Shown piece by piece: positions 18,421 through 20,000 of a stretch of 20,000 bases of DNA. Where the stretch lies: the IMG/VR virus record IMGVR_UViG_3300042997_001870, one strand, 5' to 3'. The notes beneath the pieces are model-generated. The model saw only the letters and a program-made list of their open reading frames with translations, did not search any database and was not told the origin of the DNA. Origin of the DNA: an uncultured virus (IMG/VR IMGVR_UViG_3300042997_001870) (lineage: Duplodnaviria; Heunggongvirae; Uroviricota; Caudoviricetes). Position numbers and translations under genes: made by a program. How positions within the stretch are numbered: the stretch's first letter is position 1; each line of letters starts with the position of its first letter.

Positions 18421-19515
18421 TTAGTTTACGATTCTGATATTATGTGATCCAGTTACTACGTAACGAGCACCACTTGTGATAGCTCCGAATCTTGTTAAGC
18501 TAACTGATGCTCCAAATTGTCTATGGGCAACACCGCCTAAATCACTAGAACCTAGAGGAGATTGGATATTACCATTATACATTTGAATGTATTGTCTTTC
18601 ACTAGTAGGAGCTGCTGTTAATTCAGTGATAGCGTTTGCTACAGTACTTGCAGAAACGATAGGATCTCCATTAATCGCAATTTTAGTTTGGTTTGAATTT
18701 GCTTGATAACCTGGCATTATGTAGATCTTTCCCCAATCAGCTGGAGCAACTGTAACACTTGCACTAGTTTGATATTCTTTAATAACAATAGTAAAGGTCT
18801 GTCCGTTATTTGAACGGTTTGCAGCTGAGTTAGAAATATCCTCATTTAAGAAAATATAGATTGGTTTACTTGAATCAGGTGAAGTATCTCCAGCTTTAAT
18901 AGTCAAGTAAATGAACTGTTTGCTGGCTTTACCTAAGACCAAGTTTGCGTAATAATAAGTTGAACCAGCTGAGGCAGTTGTAGTAAGTTCAGTATTTGTA
19001 CCTGAACCAGATTCTCCTGGGCCTTCAGTACTTTGAGTAATTGCTTCGTATGGGAATTTAGCTTCGCCATAGAATTTAGAAAGAACTGGTGTTCCAGTCT
19101 TTCCTACAAAGAAGCCGTCCTCAGTAATATCAGCAAGAGCAATACCTACACCAAGTCTAGCGATTGCCATTGTGTTGGCAGCACCAGTCATGTCGATTGA
19201 TCCGCCTGCTTGGATAATCAACTTATCGATTGATAGAATTGACTTGCCTGTGTTTTTGGTAAGAGTACCAATAACATTGGTTGAGTCCATGAAGGTTATT
19301 CCATTACCTAGAATAACATTGTTTGTTTTAACTTGATTGACGTAGTTGTCTACCCCGATGTACTTGTTAACCAAGTCAATCTCAAGAGTATTGATAACAT
19401 CCTCAAGTTTACCTTTCACTACTGCAACATTTGCGTTAAGAATTAATCGCATGTCGGAGATGAAAGTTGTCTCAAGTAAAGTTTGAGTGTTTAGGGATAC
19501 GTTAGTAAATGCCAT
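18421..19515 (-). CDS. Putative baseplate/fibre-connector-like structural protein (364 aa)
   Basis: ATG preceded by an A-rich leader and an ATAAATAA motif. The N-terminal T......R..LNANV motif parallels the 958 aa fibre N-terminus, and the body is T/S/G-rich beta structure. Confidence 0.75.
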   Translation of the reverse strand: MAFTNVSLNTQTLLETTFISDMRLILNANVAVVKGKLEDVINTLEIDLVNKYIGVDNYVNQVKTNNVILGNGITFMDSTNVIGTLTKNTGKSILSIDKLIIQAGGSIDMTGAANTMAIARLGVGIALADITEDGFFVGKTGTPVLSKFYGEAKFPYEAITQSTEGPGESGSGTNTELTTTASAGSTYYYANLVLGKASKQFIYLTIKAGDTSPDSSKPIYIFLNEDISNSAANRSNNGQTFTIVIKEYQTSASVTVAPADWGKIYIMPGYQANSNQTKIAINGDPIVSASTVANAITELTAAPTSERQYIQMYNGNIQSPLGSSDLGGVAHRQFGASVSLTRFGAITSGARYVVTGSHNIRIVN

Positions 19516-19538
19516 TTTTTAAGAATTTTTTGTCTTTT

Positions 19539-19546
19539 TTATTTAT
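19539..19546 (-). promoter_or_regulatory. Putative late promoter ATAAATAA heading the 364/728/1196/2256/958/104 aa operon
   Basis: Minus strand TAATAAATAAAAAAG within the 51-bp intergenic gap, 23 nt upstream of the ATG at 19515. Confidence 0.6.
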
Positions 19547-19566
19547 TAAGCAAACCCAAGGGAACC

Positions 19567-20000
19567 TTACATTGAGGCGTTCCTACGGTTTAGAGTATTT
19601 TCTATGTGATTTATGTAATCTTTTTGGTCCAGTGCATCAACTGCATTGAAACCTTTGGTTAATTCATATACGTTATTATTAACATCAGTTACTTGAACAG
19701 TTAGTAAATAGTCTCCAGGGTAAGCAAATCTCCAAATAAAGAAAGAGTTAGACTTGATCTTAACTACCGTTTCAGTGTTTAAGGTTAGGGTCCAAATACA
19801 CTCCTTTTTAGAATCAATATTTGAAATTGCAGCCACTACTGGCTGGTGCAGGGGTAGAGTAACTCCATCAAGACCGTATTTTAAATTAGCTAAGTTAAAG
19901 CTGTTCTGGTCGTAGTTTGAGGCAATGTATCCAGATAGTTCAAAGTCTGGTGTAGTGTCCGTATCTATAAATTCAATAAATTTCTTATTGATCCAGTAAT
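19567..20000 (-). CDS. C-terminal part of a larger protein ending in a PKD-like domain (partial, starts beyond right edge)
   Basis: The frame of the track's 89 aa ORF stays open to the window edge (YWINKKFIEFIDTDTTPDFELSGYIASNYDQNSF...TLPLHQPVVAAISNID...), so the GTG at 19836 is probably internal. W.L....WRFAYPGDYLLTVQVTDVNNN matches the PKD f..pG.Y.v.l.vtD motif. Confidence 0.8.
   Translation of the reverse strand, partial: YWINKKFIEFIDTDTTPDFELSGYIASNYDQNSFNLANLKYGLDGVTLPLHQPVVAAISNIDSKKECIWTLTLNTETVVKIKSNSFFIWRFAYPGDYLLTVQVTDVNNNVYELTKGFNAVDALDQKDYINHIENTLNRRNASM

Larger units (their letters stand above)
1..20000. other. Virion structural/late gene region of a large tailed phage (T4-like neck module; probable Bacteroidota host)
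   Basis: Tightly packed, co-oriented large ORFs rich in S/T/G/N. Contains a gp14-like neck motif, a collagen plus receptor-binding-type tail fibre, and PKD, FN3 and Delta-60 modules, with T4-late-like promoter motifs. No housekeeping genes, and most starts have A/T-rich leaders without Shine-Dalgarno. Confidence 0.85.

Noticed and set aside
19551..19566. Possible terminator hairpin after the PKD-domain gene
   Set aside because: The stem (CCC/GGG with a 2-nt loop) is too weak and there is no proper U-tract.
1..20000. Possible stop-codon reassignment (all eight visible stops are TAA)
   Set aside because: Genes are full length in the standard code with no in-frame TAG/TGA, and TAA bias is expected at low GC.
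1..20000. CRISPR arrays, tRNA/rRNA, IS elements, integrase
   Set aside because: None seen; intergenic gaps are all under 80 bp and no regularly spaced nucleotide repeats were noticed.

Overview
AT-rich window (roughly 35% GC by eye) with near-complete coding density, most consistent with the virion-structural (late) region of a large T4-like-module or jumbo bacteriophage, probably infecting Bacteroidota (inference). Eight genes lie on the minus strand, in transcription order: a partial PKD-domain protein, 364, 728 and 1196 aa proteins, a 2256 aa protein carrying a 7-repeat Delta-60 beta-propeller, a 958 aa collagen-containing tail fibre, a 104 aa acidic protein, and a >589 aa protein with a T4 gp14-like neck domain that runs off the left edge and is missing from the ORF track. 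One plus-strand 263 aa gene, resembling a conserved Bacteroidota hypothetical family, interrupts the cluster. An ATAAATAA motif resembling the T4 late promoter TATAAATA lies 16-23 nt before three start codons, two copies forming a back-to-back inverted repeat. I found no RNA genes, CRISPR arrays, integrases, transposases or defence systems. All family assignments come from recalled motifs, not database searches, and nothing here can be shown to be a new system from sequence alone.
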